The position numbers and the translations under genes were made by a program. 64,000 bases of DNA from Chiloscyllium plagiosum (Eukaryota): the NCBI RefSeq assembly GCF_004010195.1, contig NC_057751.1, positions 8,871,611 through 8,935,610 on the forward strand, read 5' to 3'. This document shows, piece by piece, positions 12,697 to 25,689 of this stretch. The notes under the pieces are model-generated. The model had not been told where the DNA came from. It made no database searches and saw only the letters and a program-made list of their open reading frames with translations. Within the stretch, counting starts at the first letter, position 1; each line of letters begins with the position of its first letter.

Positions 12697-12837
12697 TCAG
12701 TCATCAAAGTCTGGGATGTCATCATAGGAGTAGCCTCTGTATCCTCTTGAGGCATAGTATGCAATCCGAAGATGGTAAAAGCCAGGAAGGAAAACCAGGA
12801 TTCCGATGATCAGCACTGGCCAGGTTGTGTCACTGTA
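12697..12837 (-). CDS. TMEM230: TMEM230 last coding exon ([46 protein letters not shown])
   Basis: Acceptor ttgtcttccag|TAC, 141 nt ending in TGA. The C-terminus is nearly identical to recalled vertebrate TMEM230. Confidence 0.97.
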   Translation of the reverse strand, partial: YSDTTWPVLIIGILVFLPGFYHLRIAYYASRGYRGYSYDDIPDFDD

Positions 12838-13177
12838 CTGGAAGACAAAAAAATGGAATCACTGATTTTCTTTTTGTAAAAGCAAAGGCACTTCCTGTCC
12901 ATTAGAATAGAGGATTTCTTCACTGAGGCGGATGATGTTCTCTGAACTGGAAGGCTCTGATTTCAAATCCAACCCATAATGATTACAATTAAAGTCTCTG
13001 GTTGTTGGTTTAAAGTAACCTACTAAAATTGAATAGACAGACAGACAGACAATCTCCAATAATTCATGTTCTGACTGTGCATATGTTTCAAAGACAAAGC
13101 TGCTTTTAATTCAGCAATTAGCAATTTTATTCTGGACACAAATCGAAAATGGATGGCATAACAAACATGTTACTCAC

Positions 13178-13300
13178 CGAACTGTTGATGTATCCAGTCA
13201 GCAGCAGAGCACCAATAGTAATCAGCAATGAGCCAATCACAAACAAGATGATTGCAAGTGCAATTGCTTTGTATGGAACTTTCGTTGGAAGTTTCTTAAA
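13178..13300 (-). CDS. TMEM230: TMEM230 coding exon 2 ([41 protein letters not shown])
   Basis: cttcccgcag|TTT...TCG|gtgagt, 123 nt, phase 0/0, first transmembrane helix. Confidence 0.97.
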
Positions 13301-13609
13301 CTGCGGGAAGGATAAAATAAATAATTAAAATTCGTTGATCACTTTGGACGAATTCTATAATAAGGGCACTACTTAAGTGCGTGCTATTGCATTTCACAAA
13401 CCATAAATTATCCAATAGCGCACAAACTTCTTTCTGTGAGTGTTTTTCAAATATATGTTATTGGTTTTGTTATGTACATTGAGATTGTCATCAGGTCATC
13501 AAAGATACAAAATAAATCCATCTTTTCTTGCATCATGACTCAATATTTGCTTTTATAATCTTGTGAGATCCTCCTCTTATGAGGGCACCAACTGTTTGTT
13601 TTTAAGTTT

Positions 13610-15670
13610 CACGGGGACTGTGACCGTCACTGGCTGGGCCAGCATTTACTAGTTACCCTCAAAAAGGTGGTTATGACCTGCCTTCTTGAGGCAATGCAAT
13701 ACATGTGCTGTAGGTAGCCAAAATTTCAGGATTTTGACTCGGTAACAGTGAAAGATCAGGAATATATTTCCAAGTGTAGGTGGCTTGAAGGGATCTTGCA
13801 GATGGTCATATTCCTGTTTACCTGCTGTCCTAGTTCTTCGATATGAGTATTGGGAGGGGGGCAGGTTTGGTTTGGAAGGGTCTGTGTCAGGATCTGTAGG
13901 GAATTTCTGCAACATATTTTGTGTATAGTACGCAACTGAGCGTCGGTGGTTAAGGGAGTGGATGCTTACAAATGTGCTGCCAAGCAAGTGGGCTAGTTTG
14001 TCTTGGGTGGCGTCAAGCTTCTTGAGTATTGTTGGAGCTGCACACATCCAGCTAAGTGGGAGTATTCTGTCACACACCTGACTAATGGCGAGGCCTTGGG
14101 GAATCACGATGGGAGTTAACCACTGTAAAATTTCTAGCTGCTGACCTGCTCCTGTAGCCACTGTATTCATACAGCAAGTCCAGTCGAGTTTCCAGTCAAT
14201 AATGGAGTTGATATCAGATTGCTTATCGGGGATTCGGTGATGGTGACACCAAGGTTGAATGTCAAGGGGTGGTGACCAGGTTGTGTGTTATTGGACAACG
14301 TTACTGCCTGACATTTTTGTGGCATAAATCTCACTTGTCACTTATCAGTGCAAACTTAAATTTTGTTTAGGCCATGTTCAAATGCAACTTGGACTGCTTC
14401 AGTATCTGAGAAGCCGCAAATGGTGCTGAACATTGTACAATTATCACACAAACATACCCACTTCTGACATCATGATGGAAGAAAGGTCATCGATAAAGCA
14501 GTTGAAGATTACTGGGCCTATGACACTACCGCGTGGAACTATTGCAGAGACGTTCTGGGGCTCAGATGACTGACCTCTAACCAGCACAACTATCTATGTG
14601 TCAGATATGACTTCAACCACTGGAGACTTTCCCAATTCCCATTTACTCCAGCTTTGCTTGTGCTCCTTGGTGACAAACTCAGTCGAGTGCAGGTGACCTG
14701 TCAAGGGCTGTCATTCTCACCTCAGCTCTTCTGTCCATTTCTGAATCAAGGATGTCATGAGCTCAGAGGCTGAGTGCCCCTAGCAAAACCCAAACTGGGT
14801 GTCAGTGAGCAGGTTGTGGCTGAGCAGGTGCTGCTCAATAGCACTGTTTATGATACCTTCCATCACTTTACTTATCATCAAGAGGAGACTGCTGGGGCAG
14901 TGGCTGGCCAGATTAGATTTCTCCTGCTTTGTGCACTAGACATACCTGGGCAATTTGGCACATTGTCAGGTCAATGCCAATGTTGTAGCTGTCCTGGAAC
15001 AGCTTGGCCAAAGGTGTGGCAGGTTCTGGACCTATTGTCAGGACCCATAGCCTTTACAGTACCTCCACCCGTTTCTTAATAGTGTGAACCGAAATAGCTG
15101 AAGACTGGCATATGTGATGCCCAGGACCACTGGAGGAGAGTGAGCTGGATCATGGACTTGACCTATCTGACTGAAGATTGTAGCAAATGATTCATTCTTT
15201 TCTTTAGTTGTGGGAGTGCTTAGTTCTATCAGTTGCTGGTTCTGGTGTTTGGCATGCAAGTCATCTGTTTGGTAGCTTCACCAAGTTGACATTTCAGTTT
15301 TTGCTATGCCTGATGCTGCACTCTCCATTGAGCCAGAGTTGATGCCCTGGTTTGATGGGGATATGTTGGCCCAAGAGACTGTAGATTGTGCTTGTGCCCG
15401 ATTTTACAGCTATTGATGGTCCACAGTGCCTGATAGATGCCTCGTCTTGAGTTGCTAAATCTGTTGGAAGTCTGCCCCATTTAACGTGGTCAGAGTGCCA
15501 CACAACACAATGGAGGATATTCTCAATAAGAAGGTAGGACTTGGTCTCCAAAAGGACTGTTACTGTCACTCTTACCAATTACCGTCATGAACAGACGCAT
15601 CTGCAGCCTGCAGATTGGTAAAGGTGCAACTTCCACAGACCCAGTCTAGCAACGATACAACGATGCTGTC
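13610..15670 (-). mobile_element. Decayed non-LTR retrotransposon (second CR1/L2-group family), RT and 3' end
   Basis: Remnant ...LPLSWMCAAPTILKKLDATQDKLAHLL. The same family occurs at about 21000-22490 and 33310-34020. Confidence 0.7.
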
Positions 15671-18040
15671 AAGCAAAGTCAGGAACAGCATAAAAGTAAA
15701 AGTTTACAATATGGAGAAGATGAGTGGGAAGCCAGAGGATTGGGAAGTTTAAAAAACCAGCGGAGTATAACAATAAAAGCAATAAGTGGGGAGATGATGA
15801 AATATGAAGGTAAGCTAGCTCATAATATAGAAGAACATACCGATTTTTTAGATGTCTCAAAAGCTAAGACTTGACACTGAAGCAATGGAAAATGAGGCTG
15901 GAGAAATAGGAATGGGATACAAGGAAATGACACAGGAACTCAATAGGACCTTGGTTGCAGTTATCACGTTGGAAGACACCAGTAGCAGACCAGAACGTCA
16001 AAAATGTCAGGAGGCAGAAAGAAGTGCAGTGGCCATGACTAAGGAGAAGGTGCTGGGGAGGCTGAAAAGTCTGAAGGTGAATAAATAACCAGCAGATGGA
16101 CAATACTCAAGAAGACAGCTGAGGAAATTGTAGAGGCATTGGTGGTGATCTTTCAGGAATCACTAAAGACAGGGAGGGTCCCAGAGAACAATCAAATGGC
16201 TAATGTAACACCCCTATTTAACAAGTGATGGAAACAAAAGACAGGAAATTATAGGACATTTCATTTGAACTCGGGTGAGTTTGCAGAGTGCATGGATATG
16301 CTGAGCTTCGTCCAGCGGAGGTTAGACCTGACACATTTGTTAGAATGCTTTGAGGTGGTAATGAGCAATTTACACAAAAGAGAGCTGGTAGATGTGATCT
16401 GTTTGGATTTGCAGAAGGCCTTTGACAAGTGGTGCTCAGAAGGCTGCTAAATAAGCTGAGAGCACATGGCAAAGTACTGGCATGGACAAAGGATTGGCTG
16501 ACTGGCAGAAGGCAAAGTGAGGATAAAACATTTTTCAGGATGGTAGGTGGTGACAAGTGAATTTCCATAGGGGTCAATGTTTTGACCACATCTGTTCACG
16601 TTATACATTAATAATCTGGACAAAGGAATTGAGAGCATTGTTGCGAGGTTTGCAGATGATATAAAGATAGCTGAAATGACACATTGTACTGAGAAAGTGG
16701 AGAGGCTGCAGAAGTATTCAGCTTGGTTAACATAGTGGGCACGAACGTGGTACTTGGAATACAGTGTAGGAAACTATGAGGTTACGTACTTTGGTCAGAT
16801 GAAGAGAGGCATAGACTATTTTCTAAATGGGAAAGACTTCGGAAATCTGAAGCACAAAGGGACTTGGGATTCAGGATTCTCTTAAGATTAACATGCAGAT
16901 TAAATTGACAATTACGATGTTAGCATTCATTGCTAGAGTGCAAGAATACAAGAGCAGAGATGTACTACTGAGGCTGTATCTGGTTGTTTTCAGACTGCAT
17001 TTGCAACATTGAGAGCTATTATGGGCCCCATATCGATGGAAGGATGTACTGGAGTTGAGCAGACCCAGAAGAGGTTTACAACAATGATCCCAGGGATGAA
17101 GTGCTTGTCATATGAAGAGCAGTCGAGGACTCCACGTGCTTACTCGATGGAATTTAGAAAGATGGGGATGGGAAACTCATTGAAACTTACAGGACACGGA
17201 CAGGTCTTGATGGAATGGCTGAGCAAACACTGCGACCTGAAGACACAGTCTCAGAATGAAGGGGCAACTCTTTACAACTGTGGAAGAATTTGACCAAAAT
17301 TGACATAAAACTGTGTAGAGGCCATCTTGTCACAAAGCAATTTTTGTAGTAAGATTTTAGCCTGCTAGTCATAGTACTGTCTGAGCCCTGGCTGAGGAAT
17401 TCTGTTTTGATAGCCTGATCTTGCAGTGACAGGCTGCCTCTGCTCCTCAGTGCCATTAGACAGCGCTATTTCAAAGAATGATGTTTTATTTCTCTCTATC
17501 CCTTATCGGTTGTCCCAGCCGAGCTGAACCTACAGTATAAGATCATATTCAGTTTTGTAGACATTTAGAAATGTAGGTTCGGACAATGTATGGGAACCTT
17601 ACGACTAGCCCAGGTTACGTTACTAATGGGCAGTGGGCTTGTATTTTACGATGTCACTTGTAACATTGTGTATTTCATTGAAATACATCGGACTTTGTTC
17701 TGAACGAAGATATATTCCCTATAGCCATGATAAAGCTAGTTAATTGCTCAAGGTATTGTCTCCTGACTATATTGTTTTAACCGATTCAGCCAAGATTTAT
17801 TTTTCCCAACAACAACTGAGATGAGAAGGAATTTCCTCAGCCAGAATGTGGTGAGTCTATGTAACTCATTGCCAAAGAAGGCTGTGGAAGCCAAGTCACT
17901 GAGTGTATTTAAGACATTTCTAGACAGATTCTTGATTGGTCAGGGGATCAAGGGTTGTGGTGAGGAGGCAGGACAATGAGGGTGAGAAACTTGATGGGCT
18001 GAATGGCCCAATTCTGCTCCTATTTTTTATGGTTCTAATG
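15670..18040 (+). mobile_element. CR1 ORF2 fragment split by a solo LTR
   Basis: RT remnants (VDVICLDLQKAFDK, FADD). The 3' end resumes at 17812. Confidence 0.85.
17279..17811. mobile_element. Solo LTR (533 bp)
   Basis: TG...CA termini (TGTGGAA...TTCCCAACA) and 5-bp TSD ACAAC at 17274-17278 and 17812-17816. Removing it restores the CR1 sequence TTTACAACTGAGATG. Confidence 0.75.
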
Positions 18041-19134
18041 ATCTGTCCATTTTCAGATGGACCAGCTCCATCAGTAGGAGGTTTCTGAGCCTATGTTTAA
18101 AGTGGGGTCCCACGTCAAGTCCTTTCCAGCCATCTCCAGCCAGCTCTACTGGGTCTGTTCTGCCAGCAGGACAGGATATATCCGGGGACATTAATGGAGG
18201 TGGCTGTGTCTGGTACACTGTCAAATATGACACTCTCTGTCAAATATGAGTCTGAGTAGTCTGTGAGATTGCTCTCCAAACTTTGGCACAAGCCCCTACA
18301 TGTTAGGAAGGAGGATTCTGCAGAGTCAACACAGCTGTTTTTGCTATTATTGTTTCTGGTGCCCAAATTCTTGTCTGGTGGTCGTCCGGTTTCATGTCTT
18401 TGTTGAGACTTTGTAGTGTTTGATCAAACTGAATGGCTTGCTAGTCCATTTCAGAGGGGAGTTGAGAGTCAATCATATTGCTATGGCTCTGGAGTCATGT
18501 GTCGACCAAACATGAGGATGGCAGATTTCCTTCCCTGATATGAGTGAATCAGATGAGATTTCCTGATGATCGACAATGATTTTATCATCTTCAGTACATT
18601 CTTAACTCCAGATATTTTAGTGAATTCAAATTCCATTATCTGTCACGATGGGATTCAAACCCAGGTCCCAAAAACATTCTGCAATTATTGTCCAGCAATA
18701 GTACCAGCAGGTCCTGTTGCTCAAGTTCTTACTCATCCCACACTTCATTTAAGTTTTCATTCTTATGGGTGAGCTCAGTCTAGTGTGGGGAGGCTACTTA
18801 ACTGTCCAAGCCCTGAAAGCATGGCAAATCCTCCCAGCTCTCATGTCCACCTTGAGTAAATGCCACTGTGCAATAAGCTGGAGCCAAGGCTGACTATTAT
18901 TTAAATGTGCATCAGAAAGGCTCAATATGTCTCTCATCAAGATCAACTGCTTTCCCATCAATCAAACAACAAACCAGCAATACTCCTCAGGGACAGAGTC
19001 GAAAGTGTTTCTGTCAAATATATTGCTGGCCAGTCAGAGTTTTAAGGGGATATAACCCATGTGTATAATGTACAGAAAAGGAGCTTACGATTACTTCAAT
19101 GGACAATACTCAAGAATCGGTGTCAGGAACTAAC

Positions 19135-19233
19135 CTGCAGGTCGATGTAACCTTCGTCGCTGTTTGCAAGCTTGGAGTACTTCACTTTACTGCTGGAGCC
19201 CCCAGCAGCGGCGTTGTTCCGCGAAGGCATCAT
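19135..19233 (-). CDS. TMEM230: TMEM230 coding exon 1 ([33 protein letters not shown])
   Basis: gtgttATGATG...CTGCAG|gttagt, 99 nt. The three exons give 33+41+46 = 120 aa, the length of the canonical short TMEM230. Confidence 0.97.
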
Positions 19234-19377
19234 AACACAGTTTGTCAACAACTAGAACGAGATAAGGGCACTGTGAAGACCACGAAGACAGACCGAGAGA
19301 TTTGCAAAGAAAAAACGCAGACCTGTGCGACGTGCAAGTGCGTCTGGCATCTCCCCTCCACACTGAGGGAAAAGGCC

Positions 19378-19381
<4 letters not shown>

Positions 19382-19408
<27 letters not shown>
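19382..19408. repeat. (TG)13 microsatellite
   Basis: Direct read. Confidence 0.95.
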
Positions 19409-19414
<6 letters not shown>

Positions 19415-19748
19415 ATTGGTGAGGGGTGGGGGATTCAGGCCAAAGTGATCCTGGATAAAGATCCAAAGCAGCCATTTCGTACAGAAGGATTCCCGGGGGC
19501 AACAATGGCATTTACCGTCTTCATTCCACCCCCCCCAAAGTGCGGCGTTGGAATTTCAGCCTGAACCTTGGCCTTTAACTGTCTCGGGGGGACCAGAAGC
19601 TGTCACACACCCCCCAAACTAACAGGGCTGGACCCAACAAACAACATCTAACAAGCACGGGGAAAAAAAAAAGTGGTGTCCGGGAGGTAGGTCTGAACCG
19701 CTTTGGAAAAGTCCCCCCACCCCCCGGACGCGATTCGGCCGCCGTTAC

Positions 19749-19870
19749 CTGTGAACTGGATCCATCTTCTCCTCACAACTACCTGCTTCCTGTCCGTCCG
19801 TCACAAGCCTCCGCCCCCCGCACTAACGGCCGCAACCATCATTCCGCCCCGAACAAACGTTCCCACCTTC
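19749..19870 (-). promoter_or_regulatory. TMEM230: TMEM230 CpG promoter and probable non-coding first exon
   Basis: Donor CACAG|gtaacg at 19749/19748, ETS-like ACAGGAAG near 19790, GC boxes near 19811 and 19844, CpG-rich. Confidence 0.65.
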
Positions 19871-20999
19871 TTCCCAGCACTTCGTTCGCCTCACCCCCAT
19901 CATGACATGTCTCGTTTCCTCCTCCCATCAGGAAAACACATCAGTTTGGACACAACGCCAAGAGATTGCTATGACTCAGGTTTCTGGTGACAAATTTAGA
20001 AAAATAAAAGGATTACCCTCGTTTGTGGCTGCATCAGAAACTGTTTTCATCATGCTGATGAAAAACCCACAAGGAAATCCTAATTTGCACATGAGGGGAA
20101 CCGATTATCTGTTACATGTTGACTTCCAGACTCTGAATTCCCATGAGGACTATTCTTTTGAATTTTTGAGATTCTCCTCAATCCCAAGAATTAATATTTC
20201 ACACAGCAAAGTTCAGTTGTATTGTTTTCCTCTCTCTCACATATTTCATATGTTAAGGACAGAGGTGCTGTTTCAAGTCCCCAGCACAGATCTTAAGAAG
20301 ATAAGTCTACAGCTTGGAGTTTAAAAGCCTGAGCATAACTCATCCGAGTGCATTAGTTGCTGGAATCCAATAATGCAAGAATTTATAATTGTTTCTGTTT
20401 ATGCTGCTACAAGTGCTTAAGTTTGCTTTCTGAAAAATGTCAAGAGGCTTTCAGTGTAGTTGGCAATGTTTCTGGTTTTGCCCTGCCAGGAAGATTCAGA
20501 GCAGATCCCTGTATTGGCTGGGCAAGACAAATGGGGAACACTGTGAGTAAGTTTAAGTTTGGGGACATATATTCCTTTGAGGAATATGTAAAATTATGAG
20601 AGCTGCTCATCAACTGGACAGTTTATTTTTTTCAACATTGAAGACGCAGTTGGTGTGAACAACAGTTAAGCCTGTGTTTCACACTTGATGGAAGAATCTT
20701 ATTTGTCTGTGTGATCTTTCTGTTCACAAGGCCGCCTTCTGCAAAATACACCCATTTCTCCAGGGAGGACCACTCAACTGTTCCAGCTACTCTGCTTAGT
20801 GCCTTCCCTGCTGGTTGGTGACGCAAGAGGGGGTGCTTTTCAATTGCAGATTTTAATTGAAATTTTTTTATTCAGTTGAAATCACATTTAAACTTTCCAG
20901 ACTTACACTTTCCATAAAGAGCTTTGCCTTGGTTCAGAGGAATGAGTTCTGAAAAAAAACAATTTATAAATGTCTTTTGTTGTGGAACAGGTTTGGGGA

Positions 21000-22490
21000 A
21001 ATTAGATATTAATGTGATGAAGCCACGACAAAGGAGACCCATGCAGGACAATATTCTGGGGATATGTGTTTGAATCCACTCCAGCAGATGATGGAAGATG
21101 ATGTGGAAAATTGCCAAGACATTTCCTGTCCACAAAGCGCAGGAAATTTCCAAACTGGCCAATGAACGGCAGGTCAGTCTACTCTTTGTTATCAACAAAG
21201 TAATGGAAAGAGGCATTAACAATGCCATCAACTGGAATTTGCTGAAGAATAACTTGCTCACTGGTGCTCTATTTGCATTTTGTTAGTCCTACTTAATTCA
21301 CACAGCCTTGGACCAACTGCTCTTAACATCAAAGCAAAATTTGACCAAGGATGACATGAAGGAATACTAGCACAACTAGATTAAATGGGAATCAGGGAAA
21401 ACTGTCAGCTGGTTGCAGTCATATTTAGCATAAAGGAAAATGGTTGTGGTTGTTGGAGGTTGGTCATCTCAGCTCCAAGATATCTCTCCAAGAGTTCCTC
21501 ATGGAAATGTCCTTAGTCCTACCGTCTTCAGCTGCTTCATCGGTGACCTTTCTTCCATTATAACATCAAAGGTGGGTATGTTTGATGATTGTATAATGTT
21601 CAGCACCATTTAGGCCTCCTGAGATGTTGAAATCTCCAAATGTAGCGAGGCCTGTATGACATCTAGGCTTGGTGTGACAGTCTGTGTCTGTATGTAGCAA
21701 GATCTAAACAATATTTAGGGTTGAACTCATAATTGGCAAGTCACATTCATGCTACAAAATTACAATCTTCAACAAAAGAGAATCTAGTGATCACCCTCTG
21801 GCCTAATACCGTCAAAATTAGCCTTTCTCCAATTTAGAAATTCAACTTTTAGATCTGGTCTATCCTTTTCCATCACAATTTTAACTGAACTAGCCACATG
21901 GACACTGTGGATATGAGAGCAGAACCACAGCCATCTCAGGTGCAAAAGGAGAACTATCATGTCTGCACCGCCTCTTCAAATGACCATCACTACCCAGTGC
22001 CAATCTCTTGCTTTTTCCTATGTCTTTGCATATTATTTCTATACAAATTCCAGTACCCTATTTGCAGAGCAGATAAGACACTGAGAATTATGGAGCAAGT
22101 AACTCAACTTCTCACAAATCAAGCCTGACCATCATTTATGAGGTACACGTCAGGAATGTGATGGAATATTCACCCACCTGGATGAATGCAGCTACAATAC
22201 TCAAGGAGATTAAAAGCATTCGAAACAAAACAATTCACTTAATTGTCCTTCAACAATCACTTCCTCCACTACTGTCAAACATGCACTGCAACAATTCTGC
22301 TGTGCTCCTTTGGTGGCCCCTCCAAACTTGCAATCTCGACGCCTAGAAGGACAAGGTCAGCAAATACATGGAAACTACCACCTGCAAATTCCCATCCAAT
22401 TCACACACTTAGAAATTGGAGCTGTTCCTTCACTGACAATGGCTTAAAATCCTGGAAGTCCCTTCATAACAGCACTGTGAATACAACAAG
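21000..22490 (+). mobile_element. Decayed CR1/L2-group LINE (same family as 13610-15670)
   Basis: Remnant VRNVMEYSPTWMNAA; GVPQGSVLGP-like remnant near 21490-21530. Confidence 0.65.
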
Positions 22491-22872
22491 GTATAAATTC
22501 AAATAATTCAGTTTAAGGGAGAGCAACTTCAGTCTCAAAACCAGTCTCCTCAATTTAAAAAAGAGCAATTACAGAAGTACAAAAAGAGTTATCTGAAGTG
22601 AGGTAAGAAAATAGACGAAGGGCTGAGACTAACTGTCAGTACAGGAACAGTGACAGACATTCATATAGACATTTCACGTTGCTCAGCAAAAAATTATTCT
22701 GGTCAAAAAGAAGACTTTGAAGAGAAGGATGAATCACCTGTGGATAACAAAAATAGAGAGTTTTTGATTAAAATTGCGGCACACACAGCAGCGAAAACTT
22801 ATGTTCTTTGGGACCAATACCAGATGACTGAAAGCTAAAAAAAGAGAAAATTGCTTCAGAAAGTAAATTTAG

Positions 22873-24520
22873 TTGAAGACAAAAAAACTGCAGATGCTGG
22901 AATGCAATGTAGACAAGCAGAAGGCTGGAAGAACACAGCAGAGCCAGGCAGCATCAGGAGGTTGAGAAGTCAACGTCTCAGGTGTAACCCGTATTCAGGA
23001 GTAGGGATGGGTGTAAGGGGAGTTGCAGATAAAGGTGGGGAGGGGGTGGGGGTGGGGGAGGGTTATGGATGGGAGAAGGTTGGAGTGGTGGGGCAGTGAT
23101 AGGTGAACACAGGTGGAGGGTACGACCTGATTGGTCAATGGGAGAAATGAGTCCAGTTGGTAGCTGGAAGGAAGGGTCGCTTAGAGGAATGGAAGCGGGG
23201 AGAGGAACTGAAAAGGGAGTTGGGGGATGGGAAGGGAGGTTATTTGGAATTGGAGAACTCAAGGGACTGCATGGTGGCTCAGTAGTTAGCATTGCTGCCT
23301 CACAGCGTCAGGGACCTGAGTTCAATTCCCGTCTCCACACTGTCTGTGTGGAGTTCACACACTCTCTCTGTGTCTGTGTAGGTTTCCTCCAGGTGCTCTG
23401 GTTTTCTCCCACAGTCCAAAGATATGCAGGTTAGGTGAATTGCCCAAAGTGTTAGGTGCATTGGTCAGAGGGAAATGGGTTTGGGTTCGTTACTCTTCGG
23501 AAGGTTGGTGTGGACTTATTGAGCTGAATGGCCTGTTTCCACATGTAGATAATCTAATCTAATGACATCAATGTTGAGACCTCCGGCTGAAGGCTGCCCA
23601 GCCAGAAGATGAGGTGTTGTTCCTGCATTTGCAGTCTGAATTGCTGTGGCAATGGAGGAGATGGAGGATGGTCAAGACCCCACACCAAGAACATCTTCCC
23701 CTCAACCCCTCTCTGCCTTCACCAATCCTTGGTTTGTGCCAGTCTCCCCACCAAACCACCCTCCCCAACACCCCCCGAGTCCCTCCCGATACCTTCCCCG
23801 CAACCATAAAAGATGCAAACCCAGCACACCACACCCGTCATCTCCATCCTCAAACAGGGCCTCAAACAGTCCTTCCAAATGAGACAGAGGTTCACCTGTC
23901 TGTCCTCTAACTTAGTTTACTGTATCTGGTGTTCCTGATGTGGTCTTCTCTACATCGGTGAGACCAAAAGTAAACTCAGGGCACGCTTTGCCGAACACCT
24001 CAGCCAGGCCCGTGGGGCCAACCTGACGCCCAGTCACCTCCCATTTTAAATCCCTGTCCCACTCCCTTTCCAACATGACCATCCTTGGTCTCCATTGCAA
24101 CAACAAATCAAACTGCAAATTGGAGGAACAACACCTCATTTTCCAGCTGGGACAGCCTGGAGGACTCAACATTGAGTTTCTCAAATTTCAAATAACTTCA
24201 CTTCCCATCCCCGACTCCCTTTCCAACCGCTCCCCCTCCCTTCCATTCCTCTAACTGACCCTTCCTTCCAGCTACCAAACGGATTCATTTCTCCCATTGA
24301 CCAACCAGGTCGTACCCTCTACCTGTGTTTACCTATCACTGCCCCACCCACTCCGCCCCTCTCCCCATCCATAACCCTCCCCACACCCTCCTCCCCTTTA
24401 TCTGCAGCTCCCCTTACACCCATCCCCCAGTCACGAAGACGTGTTACACCCAAAACATTGACATCTCCACCTCCTGATGCTGCCTGGCTTGCTGTGTTCT
24501 TCCAGCCTCCTGCTTTTTTA
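22873..24520 (+). mobile_element. Penelope-like element (Neptune-type GIY-YIG C-terminus) with long inverted terminal copy
   Basis: About 23890-24000 encodes FTCLSSNLVYCIWCS*CGLLYIGETKSKLRARFAEHL. The segment 22915-23675 (excluding the nested SINE) is an inverted copy of about 24075-24515. Degenerate TSD GAAAGTAAATT at 22859-22869 and 24522-24532. Confidence 0.85.
23263..23567 (+). mobile_element. HE1-like V-SINE nested in the PLE
   Basis: A/B boxes, V-domain, (AATCT)n tail; interrupts the inverted arm. Confidence 0.85.
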
Positions 24521-24639
24521 GGAAAGTAAATTAGCAAGAAGCATAAAAAATAGATTGTAGCTTACAAGGTGTGGACTTGTTGGGCCGAAGGGCCTGTTTC
24601 CACACTGTAAGTAAAGTAATCATAAATGCAAGACTTTAA

Positions 24640-24908
24640 GGGGTGGCACAGTGACTCAGTGGTTAGCACTGCTGCCTCACAGCACCAGGGTCCCAGGTTC
24701 AATTCCAGCCTTTGGTGACTGTCTGTGTGGAGTTTGCACATTGTCCCTGTTTCTGCGTGGGTTGCCTCCCACAGATGTGCAGGTCAGGTGAATTGGCAAC
24801 GCTAATAGGTACATTAGTCAGAGGGAAATGGGAGTCGGTGGGTTACTCTTCGGAGGGTCAGTGTGGACTTGATGGGCCGAAGGGCCTGTTTCCAGACTGC
24901 AGGGAATT
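24640..24908 (+). mobile_element. HE1-like V-SINE
   Basis: GGGTGGCACAGTGACTCAGTGGTTAGCACTGCTGCC head, B box, V-domain. Confidence 0.85.
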
Positions 24909-25689
24909 TTTAAAAAAATCTCTGCTCAGTAGCAAGCCACTGAGTGCCGATGATATCCCAAACTGTAAACACATTTTGTGGTTTTCCCGTTGAAGAATAC
25001 ATAACGGCAGGGGTTTAAAAGGCATTTTCAACTATGCTGGAATGGACAAGTAGAACTGAATGCTGTTTTATACACCAGCCTGTATTTGAGCATTGGACTG
25101 CTGTGAAGGTCATGTCATAAAGCTTTCTCCTGGTCTCCCTGTGTTGCAGGTTAATGAAAATGCTTTCTCATTCTGAGTGTTGCAAAATAAATTAAAAGGG
25201 AATCCAGACAAAGAAATTTCCATCAATCTATGAAGAAGAGAATCTCAAAACTCATCTGTTCAACTGCCAGTCAACACAACTAATGCAACCAATAAGGCTG
25301 CAACATCATCTTATCTGTATGTTATGTTAAATTCAGAAATGATCAGTACAACCTTTTTCACTTTTAACATTTTGGACTCACCTCTTATTTATGACCTATG
25401 CGTATCTGTATTGCATTATCAATTTTCTTCACGTTTCAGAAATAATAAACTCGGTCTTTGTTAAATCAATAAAGCCAGGCTAAATTTGCTCCTTTTAAAG
25501 TTTAAGTTCATTTTATCAACAAATTATAAAATTTTAATTTTTACTTTTCACTTAACTTGAAGTTAACCCTGTTGCAATCAGCCATGGGATGGTTGAATAA
25601 AGAAGGGGAGCTATTTCATCTTTCCTTACCTGATTTGGTGTATCCTGTCTGAAAGCACAATGGATTGAGGAACATCACCCAGGATCTTG

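Noticed and set aside
24960-25660. Possible second LTR-like repeat with several AATAAA
   Set aside because: Could not define TG...CA ends with a matching TSD.
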